This document shows positions 47,024 through 56,006 of a DNA stretch of 64,000 nucleotides, in pieces; the first letter of the stretch is position 1; the number at the start of each line of letters is the position of its first letter. The translations under genes were made by a program, and so were the position numbers. Source of the stretch: Candidatus Hodarchaeota archaeon (GTDB lineage: Archaea; Asgardarchaeota; Heimdallarchaeia; Hodarchaeales; Hodarchaeaceae). The notes under the pieces were generated by a model. That model was not told the origin of the DNA. It made no database searches and saw nothing but the letters and a program-made list of their open reading frames with translations. The DNA is taken from positions 1 through 64,000 of the forward strand of contig JAEOTM010000145.1 of NCBI GenBank assembly GCA_016839815.1. Reading direction: 5' to 3'.

Positions 47024-47323
47024 GGTATCAACACTTTGATGGTTTATGACACATCCTAGCCTAATACAGATTTAAAACCATATTTTAGAACACGAACTAA
47101 TAACAATCTTCTAGTTCGTCATGGGGGAAAATAACCATATTCTTGCAGTTAATCCCGATGTTTCCTAGTCTATCTGTCTGTATACCAATTTAAGTGCATT
47201 TAAACCATTTATTTCTTAATTCAATGCTCCTAGACATAAAACACTTCACTCTATCATTCGCTTTATAAGAGGCCGAACTATCGAATCTGGTCAAAATGTA
47301 TAATTCTTAGGTGTGGGTAAACT

Positions 47324-48331
47324 CTGGATGAACCTTATGTCAGAAAATTCGAATTAAAACCATTTCAGGGAGTTAGACAGGGTACAATAAGTCGAATTTG
47401 GGTCATTTCTTGGTTTAACTTTCGTTATCAATGGAATCGGTCACGAGCTTTGAAAGTCATAGTCTCGCTAATATTTTTTCTATATCTTTTATCTAATATG
47501 ATGATATTCTTTGGACCATTCTTTTCAGGGCAAATGTCAGATCCTAATTCTGTTTTGGAAACTCATCTATGGGGGACTATTCGGAATTTTGTTAGATTCC
47601 AAGTTCTAATCACTTCTCCTGATGATACTGATCCCACTTTTGATACAGGCTACTCCATCCTCTTTCTTATCGGGATGATTTTAATGGGAGCAGGTTTAAT
47701 TTCCGATGATCGAAAGAACCTTATGGATGATATTTATGATTCGAAAGTCACCCGAAACGTCTATTTATTAGGAAAATTTGGGTCTCTTTTTCTCTTTGGT
47801 AATCTACTGCTAGTAATCCCCACAATTATTGAATGGGGGTTACTTATTATCGGGATTGAAGGAGTGGATATTATCTCAGCTATACCTGCACTGATTGGAG
47901 TAATTTTGTTCTCAGAAATTGTTTTAATCTGTCTAGGCCTCGTGATCTTATCATTCTCTTCATTATTCACTAATCGAATTTACTCAAGTATTCTGGTTTT
48001 TGGTTACTTTCTGGCAATAACAAGTGTTTTTACTGGCTTGATTGCAAATAATCAGTCATTTACTCCAATAATGTACCTTGATCTTTTTACTGTATTAACA
48101 ATTCTATCTTTTCTCCTTCAAGGTGAAAGAACTGTTATCTACTACAATATCCAAGATGATTCCCCTTTCCAAATCACATTAGATTTAACAAAAGATCCTG
48201 GAATTTTGGTCTTCCCCTTCCTCCTCATTTTTATTTTACTCAATTGTTTTTTATGCTTTTATCGAATAGTATGGAAGTATAATTCTCCACATTCTTATTT
48301 GTGGCAGTTCATCAGGAGAATAACTTCTTGA
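47324..48331 (+). CDS. ABC-2 type transporter permease-like protein (orphan; probable CTG start)
   Basis: GAGLISDD...YDSKVTRNVYLLGK motif. The frame stays open 42 codons upstream of the called TTG (47450) to CTG 47324, which is preceded by AGGTG. Confidence 0.7.
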   Translation: MDEPYVRKFELKPFQGVRQGTISRIWVISWFNFRYQWNRSRALKVIVSLIFFLYLLSNMMIFFGPFFSGQMSDPNSVLETHLWGTIRNFVRFQVLITSPDDTDPTFDTGYSILFLIGMILMGAGLISDDRKNLMDDIYDSKVTRNVYLLGKFGSLFLFGNLLLVIPTIIEWGLLIIGIEGVDIISAIPALIGVILFSEIVLICLGLVILSFSSLFTNRIYSSILVFGYFLAITSVFTGLIANNQSFTPIMYLDLFTVLTILSFLLQGERTVIYYNIQDDSPFQITLDLTKDPGILVFPFLLIFILLNCFLCFYRIVWKYNSPHSYLWQFIRRITS

Positions 48332-48390
48332 AATCAAGATTTACTCGTTTTGAGTAATTAATATCAACATTATCTGGATGTACTAATGTA

Positions 48391-49032
48391 ATGGTGTCAC
48401 CAGCTAAACAGATTGCCTCATGGGCTGATCTTTTACGTGAACTTACTGCCCAAGGATTATATCATTCAACTAATATTTATGATAAGGAACGTTATACCAA
48501 GATTCAGAAGGTTGTGATGGAAATGCTGACTGTTGCTACTAATTGGTCTATAGATGAATTAGTTCCTCTCCAAGAAGCTCTCTTCTCTCGTCCTAGTCCC
48601 ATTGTAACTGGAGATGCAGCAATTATTGATAATGAAGGGAGGATTTTTCTTATTCAACGAGCTGATAATCATCTATGGGCTATGCCAGGAGGTTTGTTAG
48701 AAGTGGGAGAAACCCCTAGTGAAGGAGTTTTACGGGAAGTATTTGAGGAAACGGGTATTAAATGTAAAACAACCGCCTTTGTAGGTATATTTGATTCCCG
48801 TTTTTGTGGTACAACCTATCCTCTTCAGTTATATCAGTTGGTTTTCCTGTGTAAACCATTGGATGAGATAGAAATCGAACCTCCCATCCATCATCGTGAA
48901 TCAGTTAGTCGACAATGGTTTAAGGAGAAAAATTTACCTGAAAATATCGACCCAGGACACATTACACGTATTCCTGAAGCTTTTCGGGTATGGCGTGGTG
49001 ATTGTGAACCATTTTTTGACAAGGGGGAATGA
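48391..49032 (+). CDS. NUDIX hydrolase with N-terminal Nudix_N domain (ADP-ribose pyrophosphatase-like)
   Basis: Nudix box GGLLEVGETPSEGVLREVFEETG; N-terminal AQGL...YDKERY. Confidence 0.9.
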   Translation: MVSPAKQIASWADLLRELTAQGLYHSTNIYDKERYTKIQKVVMEMLTVATNWSIDELVPLQEALFSRPSPIVTGDAAIIDNEGRIFLIQRADNHLWAMPGGLLEVGETPSEGVLREVFEETGIKCKTTAFVGIFDSRFCGTTYPLQLYQLVFLCKPLDEIEIEPPIHHRESVSRQWFKEKNLPENIDPGHITRIPEAFRVWRGDCEPFFDKGE

Positions 49033-49077
49033 AGAGAATTCCATTAATATCCTTGAATAGACTGTTTCCATTTACCT

Positions 49078-49506
49078 TCATAATCTTGTAAAATCGTTAC
49101 TAATTCGATCTCGCCAAAGAGAGAGTTTGAGCGTTAACTTTTTTGCCTCTTCCTGCTTCATATCCCGGTTCATGGATTTAATTCTATTATATAAGGATTT
49201 TTTGATACGAGCGAGAAACATTTCATCAGATTTCTCTGTTAGTTCTTCCATAGCTGCAGAATATTTCCCTCCACTCAGATCATCCAAGTATTCACGTATT
49301 TCAACAAGAACAGCCTTTGAAATTTTCAGGAGTTCCAGTTCGTGCAGAATATATCGTAAGCTGTCAAACACATGAATCACTTCTAAGCGTGGCCTTTGCT
49401 TTGAGGGATTCTTAGCATATCTATCCACGATTTCTGCCTGACGTTTTAGTTCTCCTATTTTGAACCCAATATTGAATGGGATTTCTAGGTTTGACATTTT
49501 TTTCAC
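49078..49506 (-). CDS. Hypothetical helical protein
   Basis: 142-aa charged ORF just downstream of the transglutaminase-like gene. Confidence 0.6.
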   Translation of the reverse strand: MKKMSNLEIPFNIGFKIGELKRQAEIVDRYAKNPSKQRPRLEVIHVFDSLRYILHELELLKISKAVLVEIREYLDDLSGGKYSAAMEELTEKSDEMFLARIKKSLYNRIKSMNRDMKQEEAKKLTLKLSLWRDRISNDFTRL

Positions 49507-49529
49507 AGTTTTTTTGAATGATTATTGAT

Positions 49530-51374
49530 TCAAATATGTATCACAAACCAGAATGACATTGCCCTATGTGTAAATTCATTAGGGCTGTCTTTATTGAATG
49601 TTACTACAGTCCAGAACCTTATTTCTCGAACTCCAGTAAAGGTGATGTCTATCTCAAAAAACATGGTTGCAATTCCATATCCATCTGTGAGTACACTACC
49701 AATAAATATCCCTCCATCTTCTATCCAAAAGGTGTGATTATCATATTTACCCCCGAGATAAAAGGAAACATTCACCGATTGAGTTGGGAGCCAATTCCTA
49801 AGTGAAGGTACTCCAATTAAGCGTGAAGAGATATAGATGGAATCTCCATGTTGAAGGTTCGTTCCATTTTGAAATTGACTATTATTCACTATACATCTCT
49901 CAAACACCCAATCACCTTCAGCTTGAGCCACAAGATGGTCAGCATACGCTTGGAGTAAACCATTTTCCTCTAGATTATAGTCTGGACGAATGAAGAGATG
50001 TTTTTCTCCCGATATGGGTGTTACGACATCTGATGGATATTCATTCCCATACTCTTCTGATAAAGCAGGAAGTAATGGATCGAAACTAATCCACTCAACA
50101 TACTCATCACCTATCATTTCAGGAAGCGGATCTATAGGTACTAGTACTTCTGTCCATGCGTGCAAAAACAATGAGGTGAAAGCGCGTTTTCCCGCATAAA
50201 CATAGGAATTATTACCAGCCAAATAACCGATTACTACTCGAGAGGGAATATTTTGCAGTCTATTAATTGTGGTGAGAGCTGAAGCAAAATGAATTGAGAC
50301 ACCACTTCCACGTTGCATAAACCATTCATTATAATCCTCATATTCCTCTGGATGAGGCATTGATTGGTACAATTGGTTTCCCATCCACATCTCCGTATCA
50401 AAAGTATAATGGCTCATATTTCCTAGTTCCATCAAGTTGGCAAACGTTTGACCAAATACCGATCGATCTGTTTCATTCCATGTTATAGCACTCGCTGTTA
50501 CGGTTGGTGCCCAATCTTGGTATGTGGAATAGCCTGGTGGTAGACTCTCTGGAAGCTGTAAGTAGATAGATTTGAGTGCGGTCCAAGTGTCGACATCTAA
50601 TCCACATTTAAGGTAATCTGCTTCGGTTCGAGTTAATGAATATGTTGCAGCTTTTGGGATATTCGGTGTTTGATAGTCTACCAAATATTTCAATGTTCCT
50701 AGTCCGAATGTGGAATTTTCCAGCATTAATTGAGTAGTAATTCCAACTAGATCGTCTTTTAATATTGATGGATATGATTCTGCTACTTTTTGTGACAGTG
50801 GTGATATTTTTTGTCCATTTTCGTCGTATAGTTCAATTGTGTCTGAACTCACATATGATCCATATTGTCCACTCCAAGGTACAGGCAAAAAATTAATGAA
50901 ATTTGGATGAACGGTCGCTAAGGTTGATCTGCTATAATTTATGGGAAGTTCAACCTGAAATCTTGTCACTGGTGTGCTGGAAGGAAGGTTATGTAACATA
51001 GGGGGAAGTATTCGGTTAGATAAGTTGCCAAGTGCCCAACTGCTCGTATAAGGGGCTTTATCCGAATATTCATACGTACTGAGACTTCCTAGACGCCAAT
51101 ATATTGGTGGTTCTGTAGAATCTGCTGGATTATCACTTGTGACATTAAATTTTGGAGTATTATAAGCTATAAGGCCTGCTGTAAATTGATCCATAATACT
51201 TTCATTGATATAAGTCGCATCCCAGGTAGGTGTATTAAAATAATAATCAAAAATATCCTCTTCAGGATTTTCTTCTTTTTCAGATTCCTCTATAGGATCT
51301 ATACATCCTGAAAATGTAAGAATAACAGTTATTAACAAAAATGTAGGGAAATTTCTAAATCGAAATAGAATCAC
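49530..51374 (-). CDS. Lipoprotein with transglutaminase-like (TgpA-type) domain, catalytic Cys replaced by Ser
   Basis: Lipobox-like FSGC; YWR motif; GVSIHFASAL, IPSRVVIGY, HAWTEV, WISFDP. Confidence 0.8.
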   Translation of the reverse strand: MILFRFRNFPTFLLITVILTFSGCIDPIEESEKEENPEEDIFDYYFNTPTWDATYINESIMDQFTAGLIAYNTPKFNVTSDNPADSTEPPIYWRLGSLSTYEYSDKAPYTSSWALGNLSNRILPPMLHNLPSSTPVTRFQVELPINYSRSTLATVHPNFINFLPVPWSGQYGSYVSSDTIELYDENGQKISPLSQKVAESYPSILKDDLVGITTQLMLENSTFGLGTLKYLVDYQTPNIPKAATYSLTRTEADYLKCGLDVDTWTALKSIYLQLPESLPPGYSTYQDWAPTVTASAITWNETDRSVFGQTFANLMELGNMSHYTFDTEMWMGNQLYQSMPHPEEYEDYNEWFMQRGSGVSIHFASALTTINRLQNIPSRVVIGYLAGNNSYVYAGKRAFTSLFLHAWTEVLVPIDPLPEMIGDEYVEWISFDPLLPALSEEYGNEYPSDVVTPISGEKHLFIRPDYNLEENGLLQAYADHLVAQAEGDWVFERCIVNNSQFQNGTNLQHGDSIYISSRLIGVPSLRNWLPTQSVNVSFYLGGKYDNHTFWIEDGGIFIGSVLTDGYGIATMFFEIDITFTGVREIRFWTVVTFNKDSPNEFTHRAMSFWFVIHI

Positions 51375-51565
51375 TTCCTTTCTTCTATTGGAATTTTGTC
51401 TATTTGCAGGGTTTTTGTCTTATTAAGCCTTTTCAATCCAAAAATCTCTTTCGCGTTATGGGTACCAGGATATCACTTGGATTCTGTTGGTTGTTGTATA
51501 GTAATCTCTTTAACGAATTTTTTTTCTTTCCCACCTATAATAAATACACTCTCTTCGTGAGTTTC

Positions 51566-52093
51566 ATGACAAATAGTTCGTACGTAAAGAATATTACACA
51601 AATTAGAGAGGAATTGAATGATTTTTTCAAAAATTCTGTGGAAAGTCCACTGCTTATGGAGCAAAAACAATCATTTTCTGGTTTATCTTACTTTTCCATT
51701 AAGGAAAGTTTAAATTTTAGTCTTAAACTTCAAAAATATGAAAATCCCGAGGAAATTATAATTCTAGCGACCAAAGGCGATGAACGAAGGTACCTTCGTT
51801 ACGGGTATTTTGAATTTAACCACGAGAATGTAAAAAATCGGTTAACTGTTTATAAACATCCTGATGAGGATTATTTATTTGTTCCATTCAAAGACAAAAC
51901 TTCTGGGAAAGAATCATACGGAGGAGGACGATATCTTGAATTGGAGCCACTAGAGGGGGACTTGTTCAAAATTGATTTTAATATGGCATATCTTCCCTAT
52001 TGTGTATTCAACGACAAGTATAGCTGTACATTGGTTCCACCTGAAAACTTCCTTGACGTCAGTATACCTGCAGGACAGATGAATTTCCCCTAA
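51566..52093 (+). CDS. DUF1684 domain protein
   Basis: SPL...FSGLSYF, LFVPFKDKTSGKESYGGGRYL, IDFNMAY.PYCVFN..YSC..VPPEN. Start at MTNSS. Confidence 0.9.
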   Translation: MTNSSYVKNITQIREELNDFFKNSVESPLLMEQKQSFSGLSYFSIKESLNFSLKLQKYENPEEIIILATKGDERRYLRYGYFEFNHENVKNRLTVYKHPDEDYLFVPFKDKTSGKESYGGGRYLELEPLEGDLFKIDFNMAYLPYCVFNDKYSCTLVPPENFLDVSIPAGQMNFP

Positions 52094-52312
52094 TGTTAAT
52101 TTTTTTTGTATTTTACCCAAATAAAGAACCTTTTCTCTATTCAGGTGTAATTATGAAGTATTCATCTCTAAGAGAGAGTATTTATATGACAGAAATTGTG
52201 GAGGAAGCCAAAAAAGAGGAATTACTGAAGTAACCCCAGAAATAATGGATGAGATTAGCGATAAAAGAAATAAGGAAAAAAATTAATCTTCTCCAAATTT
52301 TTTCTATGTCTG

Positions 52313-52555
52313 TTAATCAGAAGCGATTTTCTCATCGTATAACTTGTTTACCATTCGACAACCACGATTATCATCAGTATTTAAGGCACAGATATTACTA
52401 TAAGATCCATCTTTATTACCAAATCGCTGACATCCCCAACATTGCCAGAAATTAAATTTTAAAAACCGAATGCGACTTTGACCTTGTTTACGAAGGACCT
52501 CTTGACATAATTCAATTGCAGATTCTTGTGGAATTAAAAGCTGATTCATAGTCAA
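52313..52555 (-). CDS. Small Cys-rich protein
   Basis: ELC...WQCWGC...ICA...GCRMVN; co-oriented downstream of the tsaA-like gene. Confidence 0.6.
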   Translation of the reverse strand: MTMNQLLIPQESAIELCQEVLRKQGQSRIRFLKFNFWQCWGCQRFGNKDGSYSNICALNTDDNRGCRMVNKLYDEKIASD

Positions 52556-52638
52556 TTCTCCGCGTTCGAAAGAAGAAATCCCCTATTTAATATCTTGGAT
52601 AGGAGACCATCACTGAATCAATATTAGATGGTATTGAG

Positions 52639-53085
52639 TCAGAAATATCCACTCATTAACTCTTCTACCCATTCTGGTGTTGTTCCATTTACTTTATCGA
52701 ATATAGGAAAATAAGGTTTGATATCCAAAATAGGTGTATTATTGATTGCATCCAATCCCTTTACTGTAAGAATTCCTTCTTGAATTGACACTATAGGAAC
52801 TGTTGTGATCCCAATGGGATTTGGTCGATGTTTAGCTCGCTGTGCAAAGATCCCCAGTTCTGGCATATCTTGTCGTTCTTGTGGTCTACGTACTAAATGT
52901 GTTTCTAAATTCATATTTCCTTTATGCATAAAGAAAACAATAATCACATGAGAAAATGCTTCTAATCCTTTTAAACCTGGCCTTAGTTCTTTGTCTAAAT
53001 GGATTTCAGAAATAATATTCCCCCAATTTTGATCTACACCTTCTGCTACTGGTGATTTAACATACCCTATTGGAGATAGATTCAT
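52639..53085 (-). CDS. tsaA: TsaA/TrmO-like SAM-binding protein (single domain)
   Basis: PIGYVKS, GIFAQRAKHRPNPIG, GLDAINNTPILDIKPY. Confidence 0.9.
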   Translation of the reverse strand: MNLSPIGYVKSPVAEGVDQNWGNIISEIHLDKELRPGLKGLEAFSHVIIVFFMHKGNMNLETHLVRRPQERQDMPELGIFAQRAKHRPNPIGITTVPIVSIQEGILTVKGLDAINNTPILDIKPYFPIFDKVNGTTPEWVEELMSGYF

Positions 53086-54173
53086 GATAATCCATCACCT
53101 GTCAATCCGAGGTTTTCTGGGATATGAATAGCGAACTGACAGAAATCATCGCCTTTTAGTACAGATTTCAAAACATCAACCTTTACTGGTTGTGATAATG
53201 CTCCTTCCCATTGTCGTCGAAACCACCCTGCACTACAGAGACAATATTCCTGAGGAATGCTGGGATCATCAAGGTTACTGCGTATCACGGGACAAAAACA
53301 CGCTGCTTGTCGTCTTTCAGCTTTGGTTGAAGCTTTATCATAAGCTTCTTGGTTTGCTGGGTTCTTGGTCGCAATAAGCACATTTCCTTCACGTGCAGGT
53401 GGTTTTCCCCAAGCTCTATCAACACTCATCATCTTTAAAACTTGATCAATAGATTCCAAAGATGTCATTGTTTCTTTAGCTTTCTCATACGTAGCTTTCA
53501 TCTTCTCAATTGGCTTAGAAGGGAATACATGCGCGCAACTAGATAGAATGTCGTATTTTGCTGCATCATCTGCATGACAATTCACCTTGATTATTGCTTT
53601 TTTTGCCCATTCGAGACGAGATTCAAGGGATGCCTCAACCGCTAATGGCTCAGGTGTTATTGTTGAAGCAATATCTGATCCCAATACTCGTTGACTATGC
53701 TGTTTAAACAAGTTTTGCCAGTTATGAATAACAAACTGGATTTCTATTTCCCTTCCAAGTGGATTATTCGAATCATGGTAGATCTCAACCATAAATTCGT
53801 CGGAAATATATCCTTTTGATTTGACGTACCCCCAAAGTTCTTTGGAGGTCTTATTTTTCTGATCTAGTGACCCTCTATGAGTAATTGAAAGGACTTCCCT
53901 CGTAGGAACAAGTTGGGTTTTTATGTCTCCCTGTGTGAACTCTGAAGTGATTGGGAAGCCAATTTCCATATCCGTACCTTGATTTTCAGGAAGGGAGGTT
54001 ATCCAATTAATACGTCCATAAGCAGGACCAGCTAATATTTCCTTTGGTAGAATGCTGTATAAGTAGTCTACGGTGTTTTTAATATCATCTGGATTCTTTA
54101 CACCTTTTCTAATACTAGCAACCAGTGTTTTTTCAATTTTCTTATATGTGATTCCAGCTTCTTTCATTTTCAT
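53082..54173 (-). CDS. GyrI-like small-molecule-binding domain fused to a Cys-rich (DUF6144/V4R-like) domain
   Basis: N-terminal EIGFPI...ITHRGS...EIYH...EIQF; C-terminal CAHVFP, CFCPV, YCLCSAGW, SVLKGDDFCQFAI. Confidence 0.75.
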   Translation of the reverse strand: MKMKEAGITYKKIEKTLVASIRKGVKNPDDIKNTVDYLYSILPKEILAGPAYGRINWITSLPENQGTDMEIGFPITSEFTQGDIKTQLVPTREVLSITHRGSLDQKNKTSKELWGYVKSKGYISDEFMVEIYHDSNNPLGREIEIQFVIHNWQNLFKQHSQRVLGSDIASTITPEPLAVEASLESRLEWAKKAIIKVNCHADDAAKYDILSSCAHVFPSKPIEKMKATYEKAKETMTSLESIDQVLKMMSVDRAWGKPPAREGNVLIATKNPANQEAYDKASTKAERRQAACFCPVIRSNLDDPSIPQEYCLCSAGWFRRQWEGALSQPVKVDVLKSVLKGDDFCQFAIHIPENLGLTGDGLS

Positions 54174-54449
54174 GGATTACATTCCCTAGATTTGATGAAT
54201 TATTGCTTTTCTCAACGAATTTCAATGAGCGTGGTAATATAAAGTACTGATAACCGATTTTTTTTGATTATCTATGATCTTCTAGTGACCTAGATTAAGG
54301 ATTTAAAATCATCTAATCTCAGGCAAACCATTGAAGTTTAAATAATTCATTGCTAAATGGACTACTACTATTTCAGGAACAGCGGGGTTAAATATTCCAT
54401 CAATGAATTGAAGATGTATTTGTTTCAACCTTTTTTTGGGTGTAATTCT

Positions 54450-54980
54450 ATGGTTATGAAAAATTTAGCAAATTACCATCGTTGGGTCGGAGATAAATCA
54501 AGAACAATACTACAAGATTTGTCTGAACATGAATTCCAACAAAATTTAGGCCCTATCCTTGGTTCAACAAAGAGTAAGGTTGTTCATATCTGTTCAGCTT
54601 TATTACGATGCTTTTCTTTGGTAAAATTGGAAATAAAGTTTTTTGATCTTTCAATAGAAGGAGGTTTTGTCCAAGCAGTTGATAAACTCTCTCAAGAGGA
54701 GCTTATTGAATTATGGCGGAATTTAGATCAGCAATTAGTATTTGAAATACAGAATAATTTGGAAGGTACGGTGGCAGTACCACGGAACGATGGTGAATCA
54801 TTCTGTATGATGAAAAATGATTTTTATTTACAATATATTCTACATACAGTTTATCATCGCGGACAATTAAATTATTGTTTCAAAGCGTTAAATAAACCTG
54901 GAGTCGAAGGGGATTATCTATATTACTTTGATGAATTAGATACTTCAGTTGATGAAAATTTGCAACCTCTTCCCTTCTAG
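54450..54980 (+). CDS. DinB family protein
   Basis: YHRW, KVVHI, ILHTVYHRGQL. Start moved to MVMKN. Confidence 0.8.
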   Translation: MVMKNLANYHRWVGDKSRTILQDLSEHEFQQNLGPILGSTKSKVVHICSALLRCFSLVKLEIKFFDLSIEGGFVQAVDKLSQEELIELWRNLDQQLVFEIQNNLEGTVAVPRNDGESFCMMKNDFYLQYILHTVYHRGQLNYCFKALNKPGVEGDYLYYFDELDTSVDENLQPLPF

Positions 54981-55990
54981 CTATCTTGAAAAGTGGCTAT
55001 CGTATCCAGGGCTAATTCAGGAGGACACCCTACAGGTAACCACACAACTGGATTTTTGACCCCTCTCTTTCTCAACGATTCATAACGAGCTAAGACTTTA
55101 TCTGGGGAACCTACAGCTGCAAGCCGATCTAGCATCTCATCAGTTACATTCTTTAATGCCAGTTCTCTATCCCCAACTTTCCATGCTTGTTTAATTTTAT
55201 CTACTTCTTCTGTGAAGCCATATTGCTTCGCTACACGAGCATAGTATGTACCCATTCCTCCAATATAAAATGACAATTGTTTTTGGCCATAATATTTTGC
55301 TTTAGGATTTTCAGAAGCACACGTAACGATGAATGGGGCAATATCCTTTTCTTTTTGATTACCAGTTACACTCTTTTGTACTCCTTTCTCAAAATTCTTT
55401 TTTAAACTTGGCAGTTCTGGAAATGAAGTCCAAATTGGAAGCCAGCCATCTGCTAATTCACCTGCCAGTTGGACATTATTCGCACCAAATGCTGCAAGGT
55501 AGACAGGGACATTGACAGGAGCTTCAAAGCTCCTTAGTTTGAAATTTTTAAGCTTGAAAATGGATCCTGAATCATAATTAACCGTGTTGCCAGAAAATAT
55601 TAGATGAAGTATTTCCAAATATTCTCGAGTACGTTGCATAGATGAACCATGATAATAATCTAATCCATGCCAGTTCTGAATCACTTTGGGCCCACTTAAA
55701 CCTACACCAAGGATAAATCGACCATCGGTTTGTTCATCAATACTCGCTGCTGCTTGAGCCATGCTTGCTGGTGAGCGAGAATACATATTGACGATTCCAG
55801 TCCCAAAAATTAGGTTTTCTGTATGACTGGCCATACGTGAACATTGTAGGAAGGCATCAAATCCCCAGACTTCTGGAACAAAAATGTGAGTAAAAGAGGA
55901 ATTATCAAGAATTTCAAGCAAGTCATGCGTTTGGTTTGGTGGGAGGAAGTCGTAACTTATTGTGAATCCGAGCTTTCGATGATTCGACAT
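54977..55990 (-). CDS. LLM class (probably F420-dependent) oxidoreductase
   Basis: VPEVWGFDAF, FGTGIVNMYSRSPA, GRFILGVGLSG, LAGELADGW. Confidence 0.9.
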   Translation of the reverse strand: MSNHRKLGFTISYDFLPPNQTHDLLEILDNSSFTHIFVPEVWGFDAFLQCSRMASHTENLIFGTGIVNMYSRSPASMAQAAASIDEQTDGRFILGVGLSGPKVIQNWHGLDYYHGSSMQRTREYLEILHLIFSGNTVNYDSGSIFKLKNFKLRSFEAPVNVPVYLAAFGANNVQLAGELADGWLPIWTSFPELPSLKKNFEKGVQKSVTGNQKEKDIAPFIVTCASENPKAKYYGQKQLSFYIGGMGTYYARVAKQYGFTEEVDKIKQAWKVGDRELALKNVTDEMLDRLAAVGSPDKVLARYESLRKRGVKNPVVWLPVGCPPELALDTIATFQDS

Positions 55991-56006
55991 TCTCATTTTC
56001 CTCTCC

